Origin: a virus | Lineage: Duplodnaviria; Caudoviricetes | Length of the DNA stretch: 64,000 bases | IMG/VR virus record: IMGVR_UViG_3300035422_000089 | Location: 9,670-73,669 of that record | Strand: one strand, 5' to 3' | In this document: in pieces, positions 1 to 10,021 of the stretch | Position numbering within the stretch: position 1 is the stretch's first letter | How the letters are laid out: every line of letters starts with the position of its first letter | Translations under genes and position numbers: made by a program | The notes under the pieces: model-generated | The model's input: the letters and a program-made list of their open reading frames with translations, nothing else | Told to the model about the DNA's origin: nothing | Database searches by the model: none

Positions 1-98
1 ATATTCAATAGAATAAAAACCAAATATAGTAAGTATTGAACTATTGTAAAGTAATAAGGTGAAAGACTTTGACTTTTGCATTTGAGTTTGCTCAATTA

Positions 99-172
99 GG
101 ATTATTAGCTCAGTTGGTTAGAGCAACCGGCTCATAACTGGTCAGTTATAGGTTCGAGTCCTATATAATTCA
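99..172 (+). tRNA. tRNA with CAT anticodon (Ile2 or elongator Met; not resolvable by eye), no encoded CCA
   Basis: Cloverleaf: acceptor GGATTAT/ATAATTC, D arm GCTC-AGTTGGTTA-GAGC, anticodon arm ACCGG-CTCATAA-CTGGT, T arm ATAGG-TTCGAGT-CCTAT, discriminator A. Confidence 0.9.
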
Positions 173-178
173 TTAAAT

Positions 179-204
179 CAGTGTTTAAATACACTGTATT
201 TTTT
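179..204 (+). terminator. Intrinsic terminator after tRNA
   Basis: CAGTGT-ttaaat-ACACTG followed by TATTTTTT. Confidence 0.6.
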
Positions 205-244
205 ATACCCATTTTTAAGAATTTATAAGAAAGGATGAAGAAAA

Positions 245-862
245 ATGGATTATGTTATCAAAAATTATAAGAATGTGTACATAAGATTAAACGAAAATGG
301 TGCTGCGGTTACATGTACAGAACATGAGAAGACATTATTTGAACAGTCAAAAGCAAAGAATATTCTTAAATGCTTACCAAAAACATTACAAAGATTGAAT
401 TTTAAGGTAGAACCTATTCTGGATATCGGACAAAATAAATTAAGTTTATCTGCTGATAAAAAAGTGATACAAAATGACAATTATATAATTCCAGATCAGA
501 TTGCACAATGGGTAAATAAATTTGGAATATGTGATGATATATTGAAAGAAGCACAAAAGAGAAAAGAAGAATTAATCAGATTATTATCTGATGCAGATAA
601 AGAATTTAGTAATATGGTACATAAAGTTGAACTCGAAGAAAAAATAGATATGTACGGTGCTTGGGAAGAGAGAAATAAGTGGAGAAAGAATAGAAGAAAG
701 AGAAGAGAAATAAAAGATGAGTTACTAATTATTTCAAATGTATTGAAAATGGATTTTAGAAATCTTGATAGAAGTACCATTGATAAAGTTGTTAGAGGAC
801 TAGCAAAAAGAAAATTTACATATCGAGTAGTCGAAGAGGAGGAAACAGAAAATGTTGTGTAA
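245..862 (+). CDS. Hypothetical phage protein (basic coiled-coil C-terminus)
   Basis: 205-aa ORF with AAGGA SD. Confidence 0.75.
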   Translation: MDYVIKNYKNVYIRLNENGAAVTCTEHEKTLFEQSKAKNILKCLPKTLQRLNFKVEPILDIGQNKLSLSADKKVIQNDNYIIPDQIAQWVNKFGICDDILKEAQKRKEELIRLLSDADKEFSNMVHKVELEEKIDMYGAWEERNKWRKNRRKRREIKDELLIISNVLKMDFRNLDRSTIDKVVRGLAKRKFTYRVVEEEETENVV

Positions 863-1034
863 AAGATGTATGACTGTAATGGCAACTGGAACTACATATG
901 AGCAAAGAAGAGATGGTAAATCTTTAGCAAGAAGGTTTCACGAATGTAAAAGGTGTCATGATAAGGTTTATACAAAAGAACCAAATTTTCAGGAATGTAT
1001 GAATAAGGCATCAAATAGATGTAGAAATAAATAA
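852..1034 (+). CDS. Small zinc-ribbon protein
   Basis: CxxC...CxxC in 60 aa, overlaps upstream stop. Confidence 0.65.
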   Translation: MLCKRCMTVMATGTTYEQRRDGKSLARRFHECKRCHDKVYTKEPNFQECMNKASNRCRNK

Positions 1035-1063
1035 TACATAAAATCATAGAGAGGTGTATCATT

Positions 1064-1699
1064 ATGGATCAGATAATCATACCTGAATATATGGAGCCAA
1101 TAGTAGTTTCATATTATCAGAATAATGCAAAGAAATTAAATAATGTGGTGGACAAAATTTTACTTAAACTTCATTTTGTTGATGTTGACAAGAATGACTT
1201 TTATTCTTTGGCAAATGAGATTTTTATGTATACGGTTAGGGATTATGACAAATCACAATCATTTGATGGTTTTTTATATTCTTGTTTATATAAGAAATTT
1301 TGTACAGAAATGACAAGTAGAAAAAGAGATAAGAGGTGTACTAAAGTAAAAGTTAAAGAAAAAAATGAAAAAGGAGAAGTAATTGAGAAGATTGTAATTA
1401 TACCTGATGTAAGTATATATTCACCAATTGGAGAAGATGAAAGTTCTACTATTGAAGATATGATAGCAGATGAAACCACTATTGAAAAAGAAGTTTTTGA
1501 TAAAAATGAAGAAGGATATAGTAAGAAAATGCTTTTGTATTTGAACAGACTTTCAAATCTTCAGAAAGAGGTATTAAGGCTTAATATAGCGGGATATCTT
1601 CCAAATGAAATTAGAGAAGAGTTACATATAAGTGAAAAGGAATATGCAGATTGTTATGCTGCTATTCATTCATATAGAAATGTTTCAGTGTTGTTTTAA
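1064..1699 (+). CDS. Phage sigma-70 family sigma factor-like protein
   Basis: Region-2-like YDKSQSFDGFLYSCL and C-terminal HTH (LSNLQKEVL...EIREELHIS). Confidence 0.7.
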   Translation: MDQIIIPEYMEPIVVSYYQNNAKKLNNVVDKILLKLHFVDVDKNDFYSLANEIFMYTVRDYDKSQSFDGFLYSCLYKKFCTEMTSRKRDKRCTKVKVKEKNEKGEVIEKIVIIPDVSIYSPIGEDESSTIEDMIADETTIEKEVFDKNEEGYSKKMLLYLNRLSNLQKEVLRLNIAGYLPNEIREELHISEKEYADCYAAIHSYRNVSVLF

Positions 1700-1733
1700 T
1701 TGATATCAAAGAGAATAATGGGAGGAATTTAAA

Positions 1734-3107
1734 ATGGCAAGACCTAGAAAACAAACCTATACTTTGGACATGTATCTGAAGAAGAACCGGAAGGGAGACA
1801 TTGATAATAATGCAGATGTTCAGAGAAACTTTGTGTGGAATAATGAGCAGATTAATGAATTAATTGTTACTGTTCTTACGGATGATTATATTCCTCCCAT
1901 TATTCTTGGAGAAGAATCTAATTCAAGATTACATATTGTGGATGGTGGTCAAAGAACAGCAGCATTAATAAAATATAGATATGGAAATCATAAGATCACA
2001 GCTTCCATAGAAAATTCTATAATACATTACAAGAAAAAGGTGGTAGGTGAAGATGGGAAAATTATATATGAAGATGCTGTATTCGATATAAAAAACAAGA
2101 CTTTTGAAAAACTTCCAGACGAATTAAAGGAAAAGTTTGATGAGTACCAGATTGAAACAGTTATTCATGAATCTTGTGATAGTTTCATAATTTCAAGATA
2201 TATCAAGAGATACAACAATCATGTAGCTATGAATACTGAACAAAAAGCATTTACATATATTGATAAATATGCAAGCCGTATCCGTGATATTCTGAATAGC
2301 AGATTTTTTATTGAGTGTAACAATTATTCTGAAAAGGATAAGACAAAGGGTGTTGTTGAGAGAATTGTAGTGGAAGCTATGATGTGTATGAATCATTTCG
2401 ATAATTGGAAAACGCAGCCAAAACCTGCTTGTAAATATCTTAATGATCATGCGACTGAGGAAGAATTCGATATATTTACAGATAATTTACATAGACTCGA
2501 AAAGATCATAACCAAAGATATTAAGAACATATTTAATAAAAAGGATTCTTTTATATTCCTTACACTGTTTGATAAATTTGCACGACTTGGATTAGATGAC
2601 GAGAAGTTTGCTGAATTTTTAAGAGAGTTTCAATACAAATTACGTTCAATCAAAAGAAATGATAAGAAATTGTTATTTGATGAAATTGACAAGGACGCAA
2701 GCACAAAGGATAAGCAGGTTATAACTGATAAGTTATATATGCTTGAGAACATGATGTTGGAATTTTTGCATATAGACAACGACAATTCTTCACAAAGTAA
2801 TATAGAATCATTTATATCTCAAAATCTTGGTATAAATGTAGAAGCTATTCAGACGGATATGGATTTTTATAATGAGTCATTGAATGAATTATTAGATAAT
2901 ACAGTTAAGATTGATTCTAAATTACGGAATGAGGAAAATAGGTTTTCGTTGTTAGCAATGATGGTTTATTCATACAAAGAAGATAAGGATTTAGATGAAT
3001 GGATGACCGAATACGCAAGGCGTAACAATACGTATTTTATTGACCAGAAAAAGAATTTCTTACATATGAAAAATGATTTTGAGAAATATCTTAAAACATG
3101 TGCTTAA
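1734..3107 (+). CDS. DUF262 (ParB-like/GmrSD N-terminal) domain protein
   Basis: QRNFVW, IPPIILGE and IVDGGQR motifs. Confidence 0.8.
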   Translation: MARPRKQTYTLDMYLKKNRKGDIDNNADVQRNFVWNNEQINELIVTVLTDDYIPPIILGEESNSRLHIVDGGQRTAALIKYRYGNHKITASIENSIIHYKKKVVGEDGKIIYEDAVFDIKNKTFEKLPDELKEKFDEYQIETVIHESCDSFIISRYIKRYNNHVAMNTEQKAFTYIDKYASRIRDILNSRFFIECNNYSEKDKTKGVVERIVVEAMMCMNHFDNWKTQPKPACKYLNDHATEEEFDIFTDNLHRLEKIITKDIKNIFNKKDSFIFLTLFDKFARLGLDDEKFAEFLREFQYKLRSIKRNDKKLLFDEIDKDASTKDKQVITDKLYMLENMMLEFLHIDNDNSSQSNIESFISQNLGINVEAIQTDMDFYNESLNELLDNTVKIDSKLRNEENRFSLLAMMVYSYKEDKDLDEWMTEYARRNNTYFIDQKKNFLHMKNDFEKYLKTCA

Positions 3108-3436
3108 AGGAGGAAGAATTAATGGCAGATATTATTAAATTTCAGCAGTACGTTAATGCAAAAGATGAAGAGAAAAGACGTATTAAACAGGTATCTTTAT
3201 TGTCTACAAAGAGCAAGAATATTGAAGGATTATTACATAATATTAGTAATAGTGTAGGATGTTCATTTGTAACAAAGCATTTTGGTGAAATGAATCAGAT
3301 TGTAGAAAAAGAAAACATACTTGATCCTGCAATGTTGGAGGTGATTATTAATTTTCTAAAGGATTATAATAGTAAGATTTGTGAACAGATTAAAGAATTG
3401 AGTGGCTATGATACGAAGGTAACTATATCGTATTAA
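3098..3436 (+). CDS. Hypothetical protein (likely start ATG 3122)
   Basis: ORF with GGAGG SD. Confidence 0.7.
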   Translation: MCLKEEELMADIIKFQQYVNAKDEEKRRIKQVSLLSTKSKNIEGLLHNISNSVGCSFVTKHFGEMNQIVEKENILDPAMLEVIINFLKDYNSKICEQIKELSGYDTKVTISY

Positions 3437-3483
3437 AAGCCGCATTTCAAAGGGAAAATTGAAGAGAAAAGGAGAAAAATATT

Positions 3484-3708
3484 ATGAATTATGGTAGATG
3501 TATTATTTTTGGTGATAAGGAGTGTAAGAAAACTCTACCAATGTCATTAGCTGAGTTGGAAAGTGCAGTATTTGAAATTACCAAGAAGCAGAATTATATA
3601 TCGAATTGTGGATTAAGTGTTGAGGTTACTGCACTTGCAATTAAGGAGTTACAGGAACAGAAAAAGAAACTGTTGGATTTGATGCACAAAAAGGTTGATG
3701 AACTGTAG
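3484..3708 (+). CDS. Hypothetical protein
   Basis: 74-aa ORF with AGGAG SD. Confidence 0.7.
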   Translation: MNYGRCIIFGDKECKKTLPMSLAELESAVFEITKKQNYISNCGLSVEVTALAIKELQEQKKKLLDLMHKKVDEL

Positions 3709-3734
3709 GAGAAATAGTCATTAGTGATAAAAAG

Positions 3735-3830
3735 ATGAAAAGAGATGATTTAGGGAATCGGATGAAAATATTTTATGAAGAAATTCCTAAGACAAAATTA
3801 ATGAGAAGGAATATTTTAAGAATTGAGTAA
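3735..3830 (+). pseudogene. 31-codon N-terminal stub of a Thg1-like gene
   Basis: MKRDDLGNRMKIFYEEIPKTKLMRRNILRIE* resembles the Thg1-like N-terminus and parallels the ORF starting at 4921. Confidence 0.7.
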
Positions 3831-4899
3831 AAGAATTATTTTGGACAAAAATGAGCTGCACCAAAAATATGTAGTGGAGAAATTATCACAAGCTAAAACT
3901 GCAAAATACTTTAATTGTTCTATTGACACTGTTGTAAGAAACTTAAAAGATTATGGGATAAAAGCTCATAAACAAGGAGCTTGGTGTGTTTCAAATAGAG
4001 TGGAATTATCAGAATATCAAAGAAATAAGTTATGTGGTGCATTATTAGGTGATGGTAGTCTGATAAAGTGTAAGAACGGTATAAATGCACAGTTTACATA
4101 TGTTTCAAAATCAAAGCAACATGTTGAGTTTGTATGTAAGGACTTTATGGAATATTCATATAAAGAGGGAATAAAAAAATATGAATACATTGATAAAAGA
4201 ACAAAGAAGCAGTATTTACGGTATACGTTTAGAACGATTACAGATCAAGGATTTACTGCTGAATATTATAGGTGGTATAAAAATGGAATTAAGCATATTC
4301 CAGAAGATTTAATTTTAAATCCCTTAATATGTTTAATTTGGTATATAGGAGATGGTAGCATATGCAACTCTTCTAAAAATAATAGTCAATGTATAAAAAT
4401 TGCCACTAATTGTTTTGATAAAAACGAGCAAGAAAGAATTTTACTTCCTCAATTATCTGATTTTGGTGCAAGATTATGTAAGGCTGGCAAAAATAAATCA
4501 ACTAACAAATATCAATATGCAATTTACATTCCTAAAAAGAAAATGGAACAGTTCTTTGAATTTATTGGAGAATGTCCATTTCCTGATTATAAATATAAAT
4601 GGGATTATAAAGAGAAATTTTATCCATCTTATGAAGATTATTATGAAGAATGGGAAAAGTTGTATTTAAATGGAATGGGTTACACGCATATTGCTAGATT
4701 ATATGGAGCAGATAATACAACAGTTCTAAAATATTTAAGAAAAGTTGGAATATATAAGAGATTTGAGGGATACAAGCAATTTTATAAGGAATGGGAAGAT
4801 ATGTTTATTTCTGGAATGAAATACTATGATATAGCCAAAAAATATAATTGCTGTTCTCAAACCGTATTACATCATTTAAGACAAGTAAATTTATTTTAG
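3823..4899 (+). CDS. Free-standing LAGLIDADG homing endonuclease with HTH extensions
   Basis: Two LAGLIDADG motifs (LCGALLGDG, IWYIGDG); HTH-like N- and C-termini. Confidence 0.85.
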   Translation: MSKRIILDKNELHQKYVVEKLSQAKTAKYFNCSIDTVVRNLKDYGIKAHKQGAWCVSNRVELSEYQRNKLCGALLGDGSLIKCKNGINAQFTYVSKSKQHVEFVCKDFMEYSYKEGIKKYEYIDKRTKKQYLRYTFRTITDQGFTAEYYRWYKNGIKHIPEDLILNPLICLIWYIGDGSICNSSKNNSQCIKIATNCFDKNEQERILLPQLSDFGARLCKAGKNKSTNKYQYAIYIPKKKMEQFFEFIGECPFPDYKYKWDYKEKFYPSYEDYYEEWEKLYLNGMGYTHIARLYGADNTTVLKYLRKVGIYKRFEGYKQFYKEWEDMFISGMKYYDIAKKYNCCSQTVLHHLRQVNLF

Positions 4900-4920
4900 A
4901 AAAGAAAGGAGTTATACAGG

Positions 4921-5764
4921 ATGGACAATAGTAATATTGCAAAACGAATGAAAAAATATGAAGCAGTACATAAAAGTGTATTGATGAATCGTATGCCAGT
5001 CATCCTTCGTCTTTGACGGCAAGGCATTCCACACATTCACCAGAGGATTCAAAAGACCTTTTGATGATGTTCTTATTATGACAATGCAGGAAACAGCGAA
5101 ATATCTTTGCGAGAATATACAAGGTTGCTCATTAGCCTATACACAGTCAGATGAAATTTCTTTGTTACTAATTGATTATCAGAGATTTGAAACGTCGGCA
5201 TGGTTTGATTATGAAATACAGAAAATGTGTAGTATTTCTGCAAGTATGGCGACTATGGCTTTTAATCGGATATTCAGTGAAACTGTGTCTGATTTGAAGG
5301 TTGATAATACAAAAACAATGGATAGATATTTTGAGGTTGCTTATTCAGGAGCCATGTTTGATGCCAGAGTCTTTAATATTCCACGAGAAGAAGCGACAAA
5401 TTACTTCTACTGGCGGCAACTTGATGCTTCCAGGAACAGTATTCAGATGGTAGGACAAGCAAATTTCAGTCATAAAGAATTACAGAATAAATCTTGCAAT
5501 GATATTCAGGATATGCTTATGACTCAGAAAGGAATCAATTGGAATGACTTTCTTACATATCACAAACGTGGGAGCTGTGTGATAAGAACAGAAATAAAAA
5601 CGGATAAAATAGATACTATGGAAGAAATGTCGTTTGGAGAAAATAAAAAATCTTCGATAGTAAATATCGAAAGACAACATTGGATTATTGATAAGGATAT
5701 TCCGATTTTCAAAGGTAAAGGCAGACAATATATTGAACGGTTTGTGAATGTAGGAGAGGTGTAA
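4921..5764 (+). CDS. tRNA-His guanylyltransferase (Thg1)-like 3'-5' polymerase, split by a +1 frameshift at CTT-TGA-C (5011-5017)
   Basis: Joined reading ...MPVILRL/DGKAFHTFTRGFKRPFD..., YTQSDEISLL, FDARVFNIP, WRQLDASRNS. Confidence 0.85.
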
Positions 5765-5765
5765 T

Positions 5766-5936
5766 ATGAATGAGTTTGATAAGTGTTATTTCTGTACATG
5801 TTATGATGAATACGATGGATGCGAATGTGGATGTGATGATAAATCTGGATTTGATCCTGATCATGATAAAATTATTAGCAAAGCAAAAGAAAAACATATT
5901 TCAGTAGCAGATGTAATTGCATTAATGAATATTTGA
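5766..5936 (+). CDS. Small Cys-rich protein (56 aa, not in ORF track)
   Basis: MNEFDKCYFCTCYDEYDGCECGC..., GGAGAGG SD. Confidence 0.6.
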   Translation: MNEFDKCYFCTCYDEYDGCECGCDDKSGFDPDHDKIISKAKEKHISVADVIALMNI

Positions 5937-6346
5937 GGAGAGTTACAGTGAAAACTACAGAAAACGATATTCTTATGATATGTAAAGGTCTTTATGATCA
6001 GGATAAATATAAAACATTAGAAGATGCTTTAGACGCATATTATAGAAAATATTATTGTATTCCAAAAGAAAAACTTCCTGTTTTATCATATAAGTTTATG
6101 CTTCATTTATGGTTTAACAGATGTGTAGAAGTGTTTCTTACACCAGATAGAATTAGGAGTTTTTGGCAGAATGTAATTGTTGATGAAGCATTTCAGGAAA
6201 AACGATGGTTAAATGCGGATGGTTGTACAGAATTTTATGAAGTTCTATATCATCGAATTGTTTCATGGCTAATATTACTTAATGTTAAAGATGATGAAGG
6301 GAATTGGTTAATTGATGTATCAGATTACACAGAAGATGTAATTTGA
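5933..6346 (+). CDS. Hypothetical protein
   Basis: 137-aa ORF. Confidence 0.7.
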   Translation: MRRVTVKTTENDILMICKGLYDQDKYKTLEDALDAYYRKYYCIPKEKLPVLSYKFMLHLWFNRCVEVFLTPDRIRSFWQNVIVDEAFQEKRWLNADGCTEFYEVLYHRIVSWLILLNVKDDEGNWLIDVSDYTEDVI

Positions 6347-6370
6347 TACCCAATGAATCTAACATTTTAA

Positions 6371-7087
6371 TTGGAGGATAGTATGGATAAAATTGATAAG
6401 ATATTAATGTATGATCCGATCGCGGAGGCAGAAAAAATTACTGGAAAAGAGCATTGGAGTAATTTTTCTGAAAGTGATAATATGTTGGCATTATTGATGA
6501 ATATGCAACATGCAAATAAAAAAGCAGATATATTAAAAAATAGTAAGGATACATATTTTTCAATGTCATGGGATTATCTTATTGATATTTTACAGAAAAA
6601 TGAATTTGAATTAGGAACAGAGTGGTGGTTTGTTGATGATCAATGGGGAAGTATAAATAATGAGAGAGCAGTAATTTATTATAGAAAAGATGGTATTGTT
6701 GTATATGCAGAAAGTTATAACAATGGAACATCCGTAAATGGTGGTAAGTGCTATTATGAATTAGAAATGAAAGAAGATGTAAATAAGAGCGAAGTTTTTT
6801 GCTTAATCCATACAGGCTGTTGGTATGATGAAAACAAAATAGAAAATGAATTAGATATTAGAGAAGGTTTAATTCATGAATTAAACAAAGCAACACGATA
6901 TGGAAGTTTTATAAAAAAATGGAAGAATAGAAGTCATTTATGGATACTTGATTATATGGAGTCAAAAAATAGAATTAACCATAATGATGAATATGAAGTT
7001 TGGAGCAAACAATATCAAGAAATAACAAAAGAACATATTAGTAAGTGTCCAAAAGAGTTACAAGATATCGTGGAATGCAGTCTTTGA
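6371..7087 (+). CDS. Hypothetical protein
   Basis: 238-aa ORF, GGAGG SD. Confidence 0.75.
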   Translation: MEDSMDKIDKILMYDPIAEAEKITGKEHWSNFSESDNMLALLMNMQHANKKADILKNSKDTYFSMSWDYLIDILQKNEFELGTEWWFVDDQWGSINNERAVIYYRKDGIVVYAESYNNGTSVNGGKCYYELEMKEDVNKSEVFCLIHTGCWYDENKIENELDIREGLIHELNKATRYGSFIKKWKNRSHLWILDYMESKNRINHNDEYEVWSKQYQEITKEHISKCPKELQDIVECSL

Positions 7088-7127
7088 AAAATTCATTTCA
7101 TGACTATTTAAGAGAAAGGATAATATT

Positions 7128-7931
7128 ATGGATAAATATATGGATAAGTTAAAAGAAGACGATCCAAATACAATGATGACTCCACAACAATATTTTGATT
7201 CTATGAAGGAAAAGAAAAACGCTGTGACTTCTGAGAATTTAAAGAAGATTTATGATAACTGTTTGGAACTTGCAAATAAGTATAAAATTACTGGTCAAAT
7301 TCGTGGACTGAGAAAAATTTTATTCTGTATGGAGTCTATCGAGAAAGAGAAAAAACTTGTAGATATGGGAATCACAACTTTTATTTACAAGGATGATATT
7401 GATTTCTATATAGATAGCGTTGCTAATGGCAGAAATAGAAATGAAAAGCCAATTAAAATTATTGAATTAGAGCGATATGAAAGAGAAATTCCTGATGAGA
7501 TTGTAGAAGTAATTGACAAGACTAAGGAATTATTTGACCAAATGTATATTGTATATACTGATTATACTGGTAAAGAAGAACGAAAAATTGAAGCAGAGAG
7601 AAAGCAAAAAGATCCTATTCTTTTTGGAACTTTTCAAAATAAAGAAAAGAAAGTGTGCATTGACAGATTTTATTATCTTGGCGATTGGATTGACGAATTT
7701 TGTGATTTGACACTCGACAAAATGGTAAATGAAACTGAAAAATTAGGTAGAAATATTGTGAGAACGATTACTACCCCAAAAGATGTAGAAGAATTAAGAA
7801 AGTACATTGATTCTCACTACGAAGTAGAAAAGGATAGTATTTCAAAGATTATCAGAAAAGCAGATGTAGATTTTGTGCCTAAGAGTAGTTTGTTTTCAAA
7901 AGTAAAGACTGTATTCAGTAGAAAGAAGTAA
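7128..7931 (+). CDS. Hypothetical phage protein
   Basis: 267-aa ORF. Confidence 0.75.
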   Translation: MDKYMDKLKEDDPNTMMTPQQYFDSMKEKKNAVTSENLKKIYDNCLELANKYKITGQIRGLRKILFCMESIEKEKKLVDMGITTFIYKDDIDFYIDSVANGRNRNEKPIKIIELERYEREIPDEIVEVIDKTKELFDQMYIVYTDYTGKEERKIEAERKQKDPILFGTFQNKEKKVCIDRFYYLGDWIDEFCDLTLDKMVNETEKLGRNIVRTITTPKDVEELRKYIDSHYEVEKDSISKIIRKADVDFVPKSSLFSKVKTVFSRKK

Positions 7932-7933
7932 AT

Positions 7934-8359
7934 ATGATACAAGATTTAACTGCAAATAGAGATTTTCAAAATGATAGAGATTGGAATATTTTATCAAATT
8001 TAATAAGGCAAAGATCAGCGCAGGATGATTTAACATCTCCCTTTGATGAAGTTGTATTAACAGGCACAACTTTTGATCGTGACCATAAGAGATATATTCT
8101 GGATTATGAAAGCGAACAAAAGAATATGTGCGATTGCTGTGGTGCGCCAATTAAAATTCGACCTTGGGATTTTGAAGAAAATAAAACGTTATGTCCTGAA
8201 TGTGAGAAGTGGTTGGAAAAATCACATAATCTTCATGAAAATGGTGAACTACCAGAGCAGATTATTGATGATGATTTTACTGTAAGAGTTATGAAACCTT
8301 GGGATATAAATGAGTTTGAAAGAGAAAATGCAGTTGATAATGTATTGTTATGGGACTAA
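7934..8359 (+). CDS. Zinc-finger protein
   Basis: CDCC...CPEC. Confidence 0.7.
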   Translation: MIQDLTANRDFQNDRDWNILSNLIRQRSAQDDLTSPFDEVVLTGTTFDRDHKRYILDYESEQKNMCDCCGAPIKIRPWDFEENKTLCPECEKWLEKSHNLHENGELPEQIIDDDFTVRVMKPWDINEFERENAVDNVLLWD

Positions 8360-8399
8360 ATTGTGCCAATAAAAAATTGATTTTAAGGAGAAAAAATGT

Positions 8400-8783
8400 A
8401 TGTTTAAAGTGGAGAATATTATAAAAGGAATTAATGTATTGGAACAGACACCAATAAAAGATTATACAATGTTATCTAGAATTCTTGTAGGAATTGGGAT
8501 AGGTACTGCAATGATTGCTACAATCATATTTTATATCAAAACCAAATCACAATATAGTATTTGTTGGAAAGATAAATGTAGCAAAATATTTTTGATATTT
8601 TACATTTTTGGACTTTCTTTAGTTATATTTGCTATAATTCGGTTTCCTTGGTTTTATATAGAAACAGGAAGGTATACATATAAATGTATATTGGAAGATG
8701 ATGTATCGGCAAATTATATTAGTGATAATTTTAATGTAATTAGTGTAGAAGATGGTGTGTGGGAAATAGAAGATAAAGAGTAG
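8400..8783 (+). CDS. Two-TM membrane protein
   Basis: Two hydrophobic stretches. Confidence 0.7.
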   Translation: MFKVENIIKGINVLEQTPIKDYTMLSRILVGIGIGTAMIATIIFYIKTKSQYSICWKDKCSKIFLIFYIFGLSLVIFAIIRFPWFYIETGRYTYKCILEDDVSANYISDNFNVISVEDGVWEIEDKE

Positions 8784-8817
8784 AATGGCATTGAAATTTC
8801 CGTTTTAAGGGAAGAAA

Positions 8818-9180
8818 GTGAGGATAAATAATATGGGAACTATTAGAAATAGAGTTATTATTGTTCATCATTATAGAAAAGAAGAAATTGAAGAAATTAG
8901 ACAGGATGCGGTTGATTTTTTCCAAAAGGTTGTATTAGAAGATAATGAGTTTTCTGAGTACGATGTTAATACTAAAATGATTACACCTATAATGGAAAGC
9001 TTAATAAATGGTGAATACACTTTTATGATTATGGGTGAATGCTCCAAAATCGGTTGGAGTTCATCTGATTTATTTGATGAAAAGCGCAGAGAGTGGTTCG
9101 AAAACAACAGAGATAAATGTCAGAATATTATTTTAGTTGATTTCGGAGAAGAATATGAAGCCGAAATGGAAGCGTATTAA
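8818..9180 (+). CDS. Hypothetical protein (likely start ATG 8833)
   Basis: ORF with GAGG SD. Confidence 0.7.
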   Translation: MRINNMGTIRNRVIIVHHYRKEEIEEIRQDAVDFFQKVVLEDNEFSEYDVNTKMITPIMESLINGEYTFMIMGECSKIGWSSSDLFDEKRREWFENNRDKCQNIILVDFGEEYEAEMEAY

Positions 9181-9240
9181 ACGACAATAAATCGAAGGTT
9201 TCAAGTTGTGGAACTTAATTAAGAAAGGTAGAAAATACAT

Positions 9241-9792
9241 ATGTTTGGAGCGAAGAAAGAAGAAATTCAGAAAAGCAATTATGAATTACAATTAGAAAAT
9301 GAAAAGTTAAAGATTGAATCAGAAATTTTGCGGTTTAAATTAGATCAAATAAATGAGAAAAATTCTATCTTAGAAGATCAACTAAGAGAAGCGAGAAATG
9401 TTAATACAGAAAGAATCAAAGCAGAAAATGAATCTTTGAAGAAAGAAATTGTAGATTTGAAGTTTAAGATGTCAACCGATACTACACAGATTGAGGTTGA
9501 AACAGAGAATAAAAAGATGAAAGCACAGATAGAAATTCAGAAGTCAGAGAATAAACATCTCAAAGACTTGCTTGATGCTTATAGATCAATGCCAGACGTG
9601 AAGAATATGGTAGATAGTCTTTCAAGCTTAGCAGTGCCACATTTGGATGAATTAAAGACATTTTCTAAAATGATTTCTGACGCAAAAGTATCTCAGTTAT
9701 GCGAAGAATTATCTATAACAAATAAGTCTATGCAGAATGTTAGAGATGAATTGAGTTATGTCTTTGATAGACTTCGTGGAAGTAGATTCTAA
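9241..9792 (+). CDS. Coiled-coil protein
   Basis: E/K-rich heptad pattern. Confidence 0.7.
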   Translation: MFGAKKEEIQKSNYELQLENEKLKIESEILRFKLDQINEKNSILEDQLREARNVNTERIKAENESLKKEIVDLKFKMSTDTTQIEVETENKKMKAQIEIQKSENKHLKDLLDAYRSMPDVKNMVDSLSSLAVPHLDELKTFSKMISDAKVSQLCEELSITNKSMQNVRDELSYVFDRLRGSRF

Positions 9793-9962
9793 TCTGCAAT
9801 GAAAGAAACATTTCAAATAAAAACTCGTTGTCAATACAAGTTTGGCGACCGAATTGACAACGAGCCATACGTAAACAAAATGGAATGATCCAGATTGTTA
9901 TTCTGATTATAGCAATTCTGAGCGACTGATTCAAGTTGGTATTCCAAATTTAAACATAAGCG

Positions 9963-10008
9963 AAAGGAGCAAAGAGGTTTCTGCGCAGGATAAATCATGA
10001 TTTACTCC
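9963..10008 (+). promoter_or_regulatory. Double-palindrome leader E1 (SD-sequestering) upstream of MTase
   Basis: GGAG..GAGGTTT-CTGCGCAG-ga-TAAATCATGATTTA-CTCC, ATG 13 nt later. Confidence 0.7.
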
Positions 10009-10021
10009 AAGTAGATAATTA

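Noticed and set aside
3810-5010. Group I intron interrupting thg1
   Set aside because: The HEG starts almost immediately after the stub, no P-element core is visible, and the downstream copy has its own SD and N-terminus
9740-9934. Minus-strand 64-aa hydrophobic ORF as a second toxin
   Set aside because: Weak SD, no promoter or terminator found, and it overlaps a + strand gene
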